DNA of 64,000 bases from Candidatus Latescibacterota bacterium (GTDB taxonomy: Bacteria; Latescibacterota; UBA2968; UBA8231): assembly GCA_965206595.1 (NCBI GenBank), contig OZ242214.1, positions 1,952,001 to 2,016,000 on the forward strand, given 5' to 3'. The notes below the pieces were generated by a model. It was given only the letters and a program-made list of their open reading frames with translations. It was not told where the DNA came from and made no database searches. Shown here piece after piece: positions 46,900 through 57,149 of the stretch. A program made the position numbers and the translations under genes. Position 1 is the first letter of the stretch, and each line of letters starts with the position of its first letter.

Positions 46900-47940
46900 A
46901 TGAGTAGGTCTTCGAGGCTGATCCTCGGTGCACTGGTGGCGGCCGCGGTTGCCGCTGCATCCGCCCTCACGGCCGCGGCCTCGTGGCTGAACCGGCCCAC
47001 CGGAGTCGGCGAGCAGATGGTCCGCATCGACAAGGGGATGAACGCCCGCCAAATAGGCGATCTCCTCGAGGAACGCGGGTTGGTGCGCAGCGCCTGGGTC
47101 TTTTCTTGGAACGCGCGGCTGCGCGGGCTTGGCCGCCAGCTCGAAGCCGGCCGCTACTCTCTCTCCGGCGCCATGAGCAGCAGCGAGATCCTTGACGGCC
47201 TTCGTAAGGCGCCCTTGGAAATGGATCGCGTGACCGTCCCCGAAGGCCTGACCTTGAGCGAAACCGCGGCCCTGCTTCAGAAGCGGGGGTTTGCGGATTC
47301 CGCCCGTTTCGTCACCCTGGCCACCAATCTGGAAACGGTCCGGAGGCACGGGGTCGAGGCAGCGAGCCTCGAGGGGTACCTGTTTCCGGAAACCTATTTC
47401 TTCGACAAAGGGGTATCGGAGAAGGAGATCATAGATCGCATGGTCTCGGAGTTTTTCACCCTTGTCGACGCCCCTTGGATGGCGCGCCTCGACTCTCTCG
47501 AAATGTCGCTGCACGAAGCGGTCACCCTGGCTTCGATCATCGAGGGCGAAGCCAGGTTGGACAGCGAACGCACCATCATTTCGTCGATCTTCCACCGCCG
47601 CCTAAAACTGCGGCGCCGGCTCGAATCGTGCGCCACCGTTGAATACGCTCTGGGCTTTCACAAGGAAAGGCTGAACAACGAGGACCTGCAGGTGAAATCG
47701 CCGTTCAACACCTACCTCCACCAGGGCTTGCCTCCCGGACCGATCGGAAATCCTGGAAGGACTTCGCTGAGGGCGACCCTGTATCCCGCCGACACCGACT
47801 ATCTGTATTTCGTGGCGCGCGGCGGCGGCACCCATTCCTTCAGTCGCACCCACAGGGAGCACCAAGCCGTCAAGCGGGCCATCCGGCGCGAGAAGCGCCA
47901 GCGCCGAAAGCCGGGGATAGCCGCGGCGATGGCGCCTTGA
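46900..47940 (+). CDS. mltG: endolytic transglycosylase MltG
   Basis: N-terminal TM, VTVPEG, LEGYLFPETY, LASIIE.E, SPFNTY...GLPPGPI.NPG and YLYFVA. Confidence 0.95.
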   Translation: MSRSSRLILGALVAAAVAAASALTAAASWLNRPTGVGEQMVRIDKGMNARQIGDLLEERGLVRSAWVFSWNARLRGLGRQLEAGRYSLSGAMSSSEILDGLRKAPLEMDRVTVPEGLTLSETAALLQKRGFADSARFVTLATNLETVRRHGVEAASLEGYLFPETYFFDKGVSEKEIIDRMVSEFFTLVDAPWMARLDSLEMSLHEAVTLASIIEGEARLDSERTIISSIFHRRLKLRRRLESCATVEYALGFHKERLNNEDLQVKSPFNTYLHQGLPPGPIGNPGRTSLRATLYPADTDYLYFVARGGGTHSFSRTHREHQAVKRAIRREKRQRRKPGIAAAMAP

Positions 47941-50270
47941 CAGCGTTCTCCCCGACCGTGAATCCGATCACCGACCTCAACCCCGCCCAACGGGAAGCGG
48001 TTCAGTGCACCCAGGGACCGCTCCTCGTTCTCGCCGGCGCCGGCTCCGGCAAAACCAGGGTGCTTACATGCCGCATCGCCCATCTCATCGACGCCGCCGG
48101 AGTCCCGCCTTGGAACATCCTCGCCGTGACCTTCACCAACAAAGCGGCCGGGGAGATGCGGGAGCGCATCGAGGGACTGGTCGGCAGCGACAGTGCCGGC
48201 ATCTGGATGGGCACTTTCCACTCGGTCTGCGCGCGCGTCCTGCGCTACGAGGCGCGGGCCTTCGGACTGGATTCGTCGTTCACCATTTACGACGAGGAGG
48301 ACCGCCGCCTCCTAATCCGCAAAATCCTGGCGGACCTCGAGGTCGACGAACAGGAGCTTTCGTGGCGCGCTGCGGCCGGCCGCATATCGCGCGCAAAGAA
48401 CGGAATGGCGGACGCCGAGACTTTCAGGGGACAGATCACCTCTTCCAGCCCGCCCCAGAACCGGATCACCGCCGACGTTTTCGAGCGCTACGAGTCGGAA
48501 CTGGGGCAAAACAACGCCTTCGATTTCGACGATCTCATCTGTGAACCGGTGAGGCGGTTCCAGCAGCACCCGGAGGTGCTCGAAAAATACCGCAATCGCT
48601 TCCGCTACATCCTGATCGACGAGTACCAGGACACCAATCGTCCGCAGTACTTGCTATCCAGGCTACTGGCCCAAGACCACCGCAACATCTGCTGTGTCGG
48701 CGATGACGATCAGTCGATCTACCAGTTCCGCGGCGCCGACATACGAAACATCCTCGACTTCGAACGAGACTACCCCGAGGCCACTGTCGTTCGCCTCGAG
48801 CAGAACTACCGCTCGACAAAGCGCATTCTCGAAGCGGCGAACGCAGTCATCCGGAACAATCTCGACCGCAAGGGGAAAAGCCTCTGGACGCATGGGGAGG
48901 AAGGGGACCCGCTGCGCGTCGGAGACTGCGGCGACGATCGCACTGAAGCGCGTCATATCGTCGCCACGATCACCGAAACCTGTCGGAAGCAAGGTCTGTC
49001 CCTGAGCGAAGCGGCAGTGCTGTACCGGACCAATGCGCAGTCACGGGCACTCGAGGAGGAGTTGCAGCGAGGGGGGATTCCGTATGTGATAGTCGGCGGC
49101 ATCCGCTTCTACGAACGCAGGGAAATCAAGAATCTCCTCGCCTATTTCAGGCTGCTGGCGAATCCGGCCGATGACGTTAGCTTGCTGCGGATCATCAACG
49201 TGCCCAAACGCGGAATCGGCGCGGCCACGGTAGGACGCCTGCGTGAGTTCGCCGCCCGGCACCGGATCGGGCTCCTGCAGGCGGTGGTGGAGGAGGAGAA
49301 AACCATCCCCGGCCTGAGCGCACGCGCTGCAAACTGCCTCGAGCGTTTCGCCGGCACCCTCCGCGGCCTGCGCCGCGAGTACGAGCGCATCGAGCTGCCG
49401 GAACTCGCCGAGCAGGTGCTGGTGCGGACCGGGTATCTCGACGCCCTCCGCGACGACCCTTCGGTGGAAGCCAGATCCCGCGAGGAGAACATCGACCAGC
49501 TGTTGGCGAGAATCGCCGAGTTCCACGAATCCGGGCCGGCGGAATCGAGCGGTTCCGACGAAAGGCTCGGTCTCGAGGGTTTTCTGGAAGAGGTGGCTCT
49601 GATGTCGCCTGTCGACGAGGCAGGGACCGAAACGGATTCCGTCACCCTGATGACCCTGCACATGGCCAAGGGGCTCGAGTTCCCCCTGATCGTGATCGCC
49701 GGCATGGAGGAAGGGCTTTTTCCGACAGCGCGGGCCATCCAGGAGAGCCGCAATGGTGGGGCCGAGATCGAAGAGGAGCGCCGCCTGTTCTATGTCGGCA
49801 TCACCCGGGCGCAGCGCTTCCTGACGCTGACCTTCGCGCGCTGGCGCTACTCCTTCGGCTCCCTCAGCCCGACCGAGCCCTCCCGGTTTCTCGAGGAGAT
49901 TCCGCAGAACCTGGTAGAGGTGGAGGAGGTCTCGCACCGCGAAGGGATTGGTTTCGCCGCCGCGCAAAGACGCGCCGACGCCGACCGCAGGAACGCCACC
50001 TTGCGGACACGGCGAATCCCTGCCCCGGAGCCCAAGGCGGCCGTGAAAAAAGGCATCCACTATGAACTCGACGAAGAGCAGGGGCCCGCGGCCGGGGACT
50101 CCGGCAACGACCTGCTCGCCGTCGGACGCTGGGTCCGGCACCCCGCCTTCGGCCGCGGCGAGATCGTCGACCGCGAGGGCAGCGGCGAGGATCTCAAGCT
50201 GTCGATCCGCTTCGGCTCATCGCGACCGAAGAAAATAGTAGTAGCGTACGTCCAGCTGAAGCCCGCCTAG
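47937..50270 (+). CDS. pcrA: ATP-dependent DNA helicase PcrA/UvrD
   Basis: LAGAGSGKT, IDEYQDTN, VGDDDQSIY.FRGA, LEQNYRST, TLH.AKGLEF, EEERRLFYVGITRA and C-terminal VRHP.FG.G Tudor-like domain. Confidence 0.95.
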   Translation: MTAFSPTVNPITDLNPAQREAVQCTQGPLLVLAGAGSGKTRVLTCRIAHLIDAAGVPPWNILAVTFTNKAAGEMRERIEGLVGSDSAGIWMGTFHSVCARVLRYEARAFGLDSSFTIYDEEDRRLLIRKILADLEVDEQELSWRAAAGRISRAKNGMADAETFRGQITSSSPPQNRITADVFERYESELGQNNAFDFDDLICEPVRRFQQHPEVLEKYRNRFRYILIDEYQDTNRPQYLLSRLLAQDHRNICCVGDDDQSIYQFRGADIRNILDFERDYPEATVVRLEQNYRSTKRILEAANAVIRNNLDRKGKSLWTHGEEGDPLRVGDCGDDRTEARHIVATITETCRKQGLSLSEAAVLYRTNAQSRALEEELQRGGIPYVIVGGIRFYERREIKNLLAYFRLLANPADDVSLLRIINVPKRGIGAATVGRLREFAARHRIGLLQAVVEEEKTIPGLSARAANCLERFAGTLRGLRREYERIELPELAEQVLVRTGYLDALRDDPSVEARSREENIDQLLARIAEFHESGPAESSGSDERLGLEGFLEEVALMSPVDEAGTETDSVTLMTLHMAKGLEFPLIVIAGMEEGLFPTARAIQESRNGGAEIEEERRLFYVGITRAQRFLTLTFARWRYSFGSLSPTEPSRFLEEIPQNLVEVEEVSHREGIGFAAAQRRADADRRNATLRTRRIPAPEPKAAVKKGIHYELDEEQGPAAGDSGNDLLAVGRWVRHPAFGRGEIVDREGSGEDLKLSIRFGSSRPKKIVVAYVQLKPA

Positions 50271-50429
50271 AGCCTCCACTCGACTTTTCCGTGAAGGCGA
50301 AATCGCGTCTGTATCTCGGAGGGGGATAAATCTGCGTACTCCTCAATCCGGTCTCCGCGGCTGGAAGGAGTCTGATTTTGCCACATTGAGCCACCCCGCT
50401 TAGGTTTGCTAATTGATTAAATCAGAACC

Positions 50430-51815
50430 TTGGAGCAACTAGTGGGAGCGGCGGACCGCGGCCTTGACCAACCCCTTCGGGTTTCCTTTACAAACGTCGG
50501 CTGCAAGCTGAACCAGCATGAGCTGGAGACGCTGCAGAACGGTTTCGACCGCCGCGGCCATACCGTGGTCGGGGACGGGGAGGCGGATGTCTGCGTGGTC
50601 AACACCTGCACCGTGACCGGCTCGGGGGACGCCGATTCCCGCAAGGCCGTCCGCCGGGCCCGGCGCAGGAACCCGGGGGCCACGGTAGTGGCTACCGGCT
50701 GCTACGCACAGCGGCGCCCGCAGGAACTCGCTGCAGCGGGGGCTCACCTCGTTCTCGGCAACGACCGCAAGGCCGACCTGCTGGAGCTTGTCGAGGGCTA
50801 CCTCGCCGGAGAGGAGTTGCCCCCGGCACCGGTGGGAGCCCCCGTCGGCCGCTTCCTCGAAATCGAGGGAGCCGTAACCCGGGGCCGCACCCGCGGCACC
50901 CTGAAGATCCAGGACGGCTGCGACGAGCACTGCACCTACTGCATAATCCCGACAGTGCGCGGAAAGGGGATAAGCAGGCCCACGGGAGAAGTGGTCCGTC
51001 AGGCGAGAAAAATGGTGGAGGCCGGGTACCGCGAAATCGCTATCACCGGTGTTCACACCGGCAGCTACGGCGGCGGCAGCAGCCTGCCAAGCACTCTCGT
51101 GCCCCTGCTGAAGGAACTCGACGGCATCGACGGCCTGGAGCGCATCCGCCTCAACTCGGTGGAGCCTGCCTACGTCAGTGAAGCGCTGATAGACCACGCC
51201 GCTACTTCGGCGAAGTTCTGTCGCCATTTCCACATTCCCCTGCAGAGCGGCGACGATTTCGTCCTGCGCCGCATGGGCCGCCGCTATCGGCGCAGCGACT
51301 ACGCCGCCACGATCGAACGCATTCACTCGGTGATCCCGGATTGCGCCATAGGGGCCGACGTCATGGTCGGATTTCCTGGGGAGGAGCGAGTCCACTTCGA
51401 AAACACCTGCTCGCTCCTACGCGACCTTCCGGTCTCCTACCTGCACGTGTTCCCGTACTCCTTGCGCAGCGAAACACCAGCGGAGCGGCTGGCGGGACAC
51501 GTGAACCGTCGCGAAAAGGCGGAGCGGGCGCGGGAGCTGATCGATCTCGGAAACGGGAAGCGGATGCGCTTCCACCGCCGTCTCGTCGGCCGCCGGGTCT
51601 ATCCGCTCGTGGAGGACCGACGCGACCGCGTCAGCGGACTTCCACTCGGGCTGACCGACAACTACGTCAAGGTGGCCATCGACTCCAGCCGCGATCTTGC
51701 CCGGGGCAACATCGACTCCAGCCGCGATCTTGCCCCGGGCAACATCGTCGCCGCCGACGTCACCCGAGCGCGGGAGGACATGGTGTACGGGGCGGTCGCC
51801 GGGATACGGTCATGA
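50430..51815 (+). CDS. mtaB: tRNA t6A methylthiotransferase MtaB
   Basis: GCKLN..E, NTCTVT, TGCYAQ, KIQDGCD.HCTYC, HIPLQSG and HVFPYS.R..T.A; TRAM-like C-terminus. Confidence 0.9.
   Translation: MEQLVGAADRGLDQPLRVSFTNVGCKLNQHELETLQNGFDRRGHTVVGDGEADVCVVNTCTVTGSGDADSRKAVRRARRRNPGATVVATGCYAQRRPQELAAAGAHLVLGNDRKADLLELVEGYLAGEELPPAPVGAPVGRFLEIEGAVTRGRTRGTLKIQDGCDEHCTYCIIPTVRGKGISRPTGEVVRQARKMVEAGYREIAITGVHTGSYGGGSSLPSTLVPLLKELDGIDGLERIRLNSVEPAYVSEALIDHAATSAKFCRHFHIPLQSGDDFVLRRMGRRYRRSDYAATIERIHSVIPDCAIGADVMVGFPGEERVHFENTCSLLRDLPVSYLHVFPYSLRSETPAERLAGHVNRREKAERARELIDLGNGKRMRFHRRLVGRRVYPLVEDRRDRVSGLPLGLTDNYVKVAIDSSRDLARGNIDSSRDLAPGNIVAADVTRAREDMVYGAVAGIRS
51678..51743 (+). repeat. 33-bp in-frame tandem duplication in mtaB (IDSSRDLARGN / IDSSRDLAPGN)
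   Basis: Two adjacent 33-nt copies with one mismatch. Confidence 0.9.
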
Positions 51816-53230
51816 GCGCTTCAACGGCCACACCGGAACGGCTGATCCCCCCGCAGGAGATTCTCCACGAGTCTGTCGGCCCCGCTGCCAACGTTGCTCT
51901 TGCCCCTGCGACGGGCCGCAGCGCCTACATCGAGACCTACGGCTGCCAGATGAACGTCGCCGATACCGAGTTGGTTGCGACCATCCTCGGCGACGCCGGA
52001 TACAGGGTTTGTGATCGACCCGAGCAGGCCGACGTAATCCTGATCAACACCTGCGCAGTGCGAGAACACGCCGAGGAGCGGGTGATCGGAAGGGCCTCCC
52101 AGCTCAGCGGCCTGCGGGCACAGCGGGCAGGCCTGACGCTCGGAATCCTCGGATGCATGGCTCAACACCTCTCCAAGAGTCTGCCTCGGCGGGCCCCGTT
52201 CGTCGATCTGGTCGTCGGTCCGGATTCGTACCAGCGCCTTCCCGAAATACTCGCCCAGACCTCCGACGAAACGCTGCTCGACGTGCGTCTGAGCCGAAGC
52301 GAAAACTACGCCGGCCTCAATCCGACCCGGAGTTCGGGAACCAACGCCTGGGTGACGATCATCCGCGGCTGCGACAAGTTCTGCACCTTCTGCATCGTTC
52401 CCTACGTGCGCGGCAGGGAGCGCAGCCTCGAAGCCGCGGAAGTTCTAAGGCAGGTGCGCCGCATCGCCGCGGAGGGGTTCCGGCAGGTCACCCTTCTGGG
52501 GCAGACGGTCAACTCCTACCGGGACGACTCCGGTGTGGATTTCGCCGACCTGCTGCGATCGGTGGCCGCTGTCGAGGGCATCGAACGCATCCGCTTCACC
52601 TCCCCCTACCCCGTCGATTTCGACGACCGCACCATCGAGGCGATGGCAACCGTTCCGGAAATCTGCCCCTCCCTGCACCTCCCTGTGCAGAGCGCCAGCG
52701 ACCGCCTGCTCGGGCTGATGAAGCGCGGCTACACGATTTCCCAGTACCGCGACCTCGTCGGCCTCTTGCGCGAGGCGGTCCCCGGCCTTTCCCTGACTAC
52801 GGACGTCATCGTCGGTTTCTGTTCGGAGACCGAGGGCGAGTTCGAGCAGACCTGCGACCTGATGAAGGAGATCCGCTACGACTCGGCTTTCATGTTCAAG
52901 TACTCCGAGCGCCCGGGAACGGCCGCCCACCGCCGCATTCCGGACGACGTGCCGGAGCAGGTGAAGGCCGAGCGGCTGCAGGAGGTAATCCGGCTGCAGG
53001 AACGGATCTCGGGGGAAATCAACGAGGCCGCGGTCGGCCGCACTGTCGAGGTGCTGGTCGAAGGGCCCAGCAGGCGCAGTGCAAAATCGGGAACCCCCTG
53101 CAACTACGGGCGCTCCTCGCAGGGCAAGACCGTGGTTTTTCCGGAAGCAGCGGAGCCCAACTCCCTGATAGAGGTCCGCGTCGACCGGGTGACGTCCCAC
53201 ACCCTCTACGGAACTCAGATCGAGATCTGA
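51812..53230 (+). CDS. miaB: tRNA i6A methylthiotransferase MiaB
   Basis: ETYGCQMN, NTCAVRE.AE, GCMAQ, RGCDKFCTFC, LLGQ.VNSY, RFTSPYP and FKYSERPGT; ATGA overlap with mtaB. Confidence 0.94.
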   Translation: MSASTATPERLIPPQEILHESVGPAANVALAPATGRSAYIETYGCQMNVADTELVATILGDAGYRVCDRPEQADVILINTCAVREHAEERVIGRASQLSGLRAQRAGLTLGILGCMAQHLSKSLPRRAPFVDLVVGPDSYQRLPEILAQTSDETLLDVRLSRSENYAGLNPTRSSGTNAWVTIIRGCDKFCTFCIVPYVRGRERSLEAAEVLRQVRRIAAEGFRQVTLLGQTVNSYRDDSGVDFADLLRSVAAVEGIERIRFTSPYPVDFDDRTIEAMATVPEICPSLHLPVQSASDRLLGLMKRGYTISQYRDLVGLLREAVPGLSLTTDVIVGFCSETEGEFEQTCDLMKEIRYDSAFMFKYSERPGTAAHRRIPDDVPEQVKAERLQEVIRLQERISGEINEAAVGRTVEVLVEGPSRRSAKSGTPCNYGRSSQGKTVVFPEAAEPNSLIEVRVDRVTSHTLYGTQIEI

Positions 53231-53242
53231 ACCCGGGGCTCC

Positions 53243-53800
53243 CTACAGGCCGTCGGCGAGCTCTTCCGTCCATTGCCCGTCCTCCCCTTCTTCCCACTCC
53301 TCGTCGCTGACATCCCCCCCGTTCCCACTCCGCGAACGCAGTACGATCGGTACTCGCAGTGGCGGCATTTGCGCCTGTCCTCGGTGCGCGGAAACCCCTC
53401 CGGTTCCCCTTTCTCGGCAAGGGACGCGATCTCCGCGATCGTCCTCTGCAGGCGGTCCCCCGCTTCCGCGTGCAGGGCTTCGGAGTAGCGGATCGGCTCT
53501 AGGGGGTCGGGGAACCCGGCGTGCCAGTACTGGAGATCGAGGCGCCCGGGACGATGGTCCTGCACCCGCTCCGTCAACCAAGGCGCGCCCCGTTTCGGTG
53601 AAGACGTAGCAGTACACTGCGGTTTGCCAGCTTCGCTGCAGCTCAGCCCCCAGCACCGGGTCGCCGCGGGCGGCCAGCTGATCGACAGGTAGCGCCGGGC
53701 GCGGGTGATGCCGACGTAGAGCAGCCGCAGGCATTCGGCGATCAACTCGACATGGCCGTCTCTCGTTGCCTCCGCACCGGTCAAGGTCGTCCGCGACGAT
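53243..53800 (-). pseudogene. remnant of UvrD-like helicase motif VI joined to a PD-(D/E)XK (RecB/AddB-like) nuclease C-terminus
   Basis: LRLLYVGITRARRYL.I.W, then in other frames WQTAVY (QxxxY) and CRHCEYRSYC; no start codon and several frameshifts. Confidence 0.65.
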
Positions 53801-53801
53801 G

Positions 53802-55097
53802 TCAGACTACAACAAACCGGTTCGCGTTCTCCGCGACCTTGCGAAAAGCGTCGGCGTACTGGCCTATGATCTCGGGCTCGCAGCGCTTGAACCAGGGAAT
53901 CGAATAGCAACACTCGTTGATCGATTCCGTGATCGGCAGGCTGCCGGCCGGCTGTCTTAGGTCCCGGTCGCTGTTGGCGATCCGCGTCGGCACCCCGTGG
54001 CCGTAAATGTCGGCGTCGTTGAGCACCGGGTGGAGATGCATCGCCGACACCCCGGCCCCGGGCCTCACCTGAAAGCCACCACCGGCAATCTCGGCGTTCA
54101 CCGCCTCGCAGAAGCGGGCGAGTGGGAGCCCGTTCAGCTCCTCGGCCCGGTAAAGGCCCCGGGCGGAGTAGAAGCCGCCCATGGTGCTGTCGCTGTCCCG
54201 AGGGGGCATGTGAGGACGCAGCCCCCTGACCCCCTCAAGCCGGTCCCAGAAGCAGTACATCGCCTTGCGGATTTCCGCCAGCCGGCCGCGGTATCGGCGC
54301 AATTGAACGCGCCCGATCGCGGAGGAGAGCTGGTGAATCCGGTACTTGCAGCCCCCAAGCGGGTAGCCGGCGAACGGAGCCAGCTCCGGATCGGAGAGGG
54401 TGCGGGAACGGGCGTAGTGACCGAAGGCGAGGGCGCGGTTGAAGATCTTCTCCTGAGCGGTGACCAGGAACCCTCCCTCGCCGGAAACCAGGGACTTCCC
54501 GGACATTATCGACATCGCTCCGACGTCTCCGATGGTGCCGAGCAGCCTGCCCTTGTACTCCCCTCCCTGGGCGTGCGACACGTCTTCGATGACCTTGAGA
54601 CCGTGCTTCTTCGCGATCTTCATGATCGCATCCATGTCGCTGGGGTAGCTGCTGAGGTGAACGGCGACGATAGCCCGAGTGCGGGAAGTAATCCGGTGCT
54701 CGATATCGGCCGGATCGATGGTCAGGGTCTGCGGATCGACCTCGGCGAAAACGACGGTGGCCCCGAGTGAGAAGACCTGAAGCACCGATCCCCAGTAGGT
54801 CAGACTCTGGCAGATCACCTCGTCGCCGATCCCCACCCCACATCCGTACAGCGCGCCCTGGATCGCCGCCGTTCCGGTGTTGTGGCACAGAACGTGGGGG
54901 AGGCCGAACCACTCCCCCAGCTCCTTCTCGAACTCCAGGGTGACCTCGAAGTCCGACATGGCGCCGCGGCGGAGGACATCGAGCACCGCTTCCTCGTCCT
55001 CCCTGGTAATGACGGGCCACCGGAACAGGTCGCCTGGATCCGCGGTCAGGGCAGGCTCCCCCCCGTGCAGGGCGAGATCGTTGCCTCCGACGTTCAT
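53802..55097 (-). CDS. DegT/DnrJ/EryC1/StrS PLP aminotransferase
   Basis: FE.E, GT.A, G.G.GDEVI, IED.SHA.G and S....K....GEGG (PLP Lys). Confidence 0.92.
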   Translation of the reverse strand: MNVGGNDLALHGGEPALTADPGDLFRWPVITREDEEAVLDVLRRGAMSDFEVTLEFEKELGEWFGLPHVLCHNTGTAAIQGALYGCGVGIGDEVICQSLTYWGSVLQVFSLGATVVFAEVDPQTLTIDPADIEHRITSRTRAIVAVHLSSYPSDMDAIMKIAKKHGLKVIEDVSHAQGGEYKGRLLGTIGDVGAMSIMSGKSLVSGEGGFLVTAQEKIFNRALAFGHYARSRTLSDPELAPFAGYPLGGCKYRIHQLSSAIGRVQLRRYRGRLAEIRKAMYCFWDRLEGVRGLRPHMPPRDSDSTMGGFYSARGLYRAEELNGLPLARFCEAVNAEIAGGGFQVRPGAGVSAMHLHPVLNDADIYGHGVPTRIANSDRDLRQPAGSLPITESINECCYSIPWFKRCEPEIIGQYADAFRKVAENANRFVVV

Positions 55098-56066
55098 TCA
55101 GGAGCCGGCCGCCGCGAGCCGTTTCTCCAACTGCCGGGTCGTGGGCATGCGGTCGTACTCCCACACGTGCCTGACCACGCCGTCCTGGATCCAGGCCAGG
55201 CGCGGCCAACCGTGGCCCGCAGTAAGGCGCATCCAGTCCGACGACGATATCGTCGCTATGTCGAAGCGGGGTTTCATCTGCCCTATGAACTCCTTGAGCT
55301 CAGGAGAGTCCTGGGCGTACTCGTTGAGGCCGATGAGGCGCGGCAGACTGCCGGACGCCGCCCAGCGGTTGAGCTTGGGCACCGCCTTTTTGCAACGCGG
55401 ACACTTCGGGTTGAACAGCTCGATGAGGTAGCTTCCCGAGGCCAGATCGACTTCGACTCCTTTGAGCTCCAGTCCACGCAAGGTCATTCCGGGCTTCAGG
55501 TCCGAACCTGCGAGCCGGTCCGCCTGGGGATAGAAGCGCAACCCGGTGACGGCCAGTGCGACGAGAGCCCCGACGCCGGCGAGCAGAGGGGCCCTCGCCA
55601 GTCCGGGGCGCGGCCATCGCAGGGTCCCCCTCCACCACCCGACCAGCAACAACCCGAGCATCACCGCGTCCTCGGCCACGGCCTGGCCTGGAGAGCGCTC
55701 CGCCAGGACACCGAAGCAGCCGCAGTCGACGTTCGCGCCGGTTCGCCAGGCGTAGAACGTCAGCCCCAGAAACAGTGCCATCATCACCACGGCCACGGGA
55801 TAAATCAAACGCGGCCTCCAGTTTAGCAGGAGAGCCAGCCCGACCGCGGTCTCGACCGGACCGAGGTAGACGGCCGCGGAGCCGAGGTTGTGCCACATCT
55901 GGCGGTCCACTGTGAGCATATCGAGATAGGAGACCACCTCCCAGTAGAAGATGACCGGGTCCCATGACTTGGCGGCACCGGCTGTCAGAAAGACCAGCCC
56001 CATCGCCACCCGCGCCAGCGCCGCGAGCTTGGATAGGAGTGATGCTTCGAGAGGAACCGCCGTCAT
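55098..56066 (-). CDS. MauE/DoxX membrane domain fused to a thioredoxin-like CxxC domain
   Basis: R.AMGLVFL.AG..K..DP, E...GL.LL and DCGCFG (MauE/DoxX); C-terminal CPRC and WP (cis-Pro-like). Confidence 0.78.
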   Translation of the reverse strand: MTAVPLEASLLSKLAALARVAMGLVFLTAGAAKSWDPVIFYWEVVSYLDMLTVDRQMWHNLGSAAVYLGPVETAVGLALLLNWRPRLIYPVAVVMMALFLGLTFYAWRTGANVDCGCFGVLAERSPGQAVAEDAVMLGLLLVGWWRGTLRWPRPGLARAPLLAGVGALVALAVTGLRFYPQADRLAGSDLKPGMTLRGLELKGVEVDLASGSYLIELFNPKCPRCKKAVPKLNRWAASGSLPRLIGLNEYAQDSPELKEFIGQMKPRFDIATISSSDWMRLTAGHGWPRLAWIQDGVVRHVWEYDRMPTTRQLEKRLAAAGS

Positions 56067-57149
56067 TTCGCCCCTGCCGTGTGAGTGCATGGTCATAAGC
56101 CACTGTTTGTGTTTGGTAGTTGAGGGAGGCCACATTTCGCAGGATCGATCTTCCCCTTCCGCCTTCCGAACCTAAGGAAATTAAGCGGCCGCAACTAAAA
56201 TTGCGGCGTGGACCCGCCCGGATCTGGATTTTCCCGCTGCCCCGGCGCCGTCAATTCCCCCGCGACACCTGTAAAGATCGGGGTGCTCATCAGGGTCGAG
56301 CTGTCGCTGGAAGCCAGCATCCCAGGACTGAAACCTTCACCCGGCTCGGCGCCCCTCGTCAGCTTCTCCAGGCGAAAGCTCATCTCCACCTGTCCCGGGA
56401 CTACCACGAGCTCCTCCCTGGAACCCGCGCACCCCCGGCCGCCGGAATCTCGAATTGAGGAATTCCTGACATGTCGTCGAGGCGTTGGTCGGCAATCCCT
56501 TTGTTGTCGATCTTCCCCGTTCGCCAGACCAGCTTCCTGCGGTTGCCGCCGAGATTGCCGACGAGCTTGGTCCCACTGCTTCCTGGATTCGGTTGCAGTG
56601 ATGTCGCCTGGGTACAGGGCGGTGAACCCCCGTGTATCCCCGTCAGTAGGAGATCCTCGACGTGCGCATCCGTGACACCCGCCTCCATCCGGGGCACCGA
56701 TCCCGTCCCCGGGTGGGCAAGAAAAACCCATGCCGCAGGGGGGCACACGTAGTCGAAGTAGCGCTGAACCGGGTCCGCCCCAGGTCTCCAAGGAGGGGGC
56801 GGTTACCAGCACTTTGAAAGGGTGAGTCCGTTGTTTACCGGTCAGGCACAGGAACCACGGCCCCGCATGCCCGGGGCCCGAGCAGGAAGATGTAGCCAGC
56901 CCTGCCCAGGGCAATTGCAGGAAGAAGCTGGATCAGTGCAGGCTCAGAAATCGGGGCAGGTACCCGCTCTGCCAGGTCAGGCACGCCGCGGGCAGGATGA
57001 GGTCGACGATTCCGGCAACGGTTCTTTCTCCTCACTTCCGGCCTGCCGAGTGGAAGGTGCGGTTCCGCATGCCAAACATGGGGGTGAACGCCTTCGAAAT
57101 GGTGGCGTTCGAATGCGGCGGCGGGGCGCCGTGCCGAAACACGCAGCTG

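Noticed and set aside
51678-51743. CRISPR-like repeat (33 bp), with a Cas4-like cysteine motif nearby at ~53340
   Set aside because: The two copies are adjacent with no spacer and lie in frame within mtaB. The cysteine motif belongs to a helicase-nuclease relic and no cas genes are present.
51341-51811. 629-aa MiaB with a long N-terminal extension (ORF track)
   Set aside because: The extension overlaps mtaB in another frame; the ATGA-coupled start at 51812 gives a normal MiaB.
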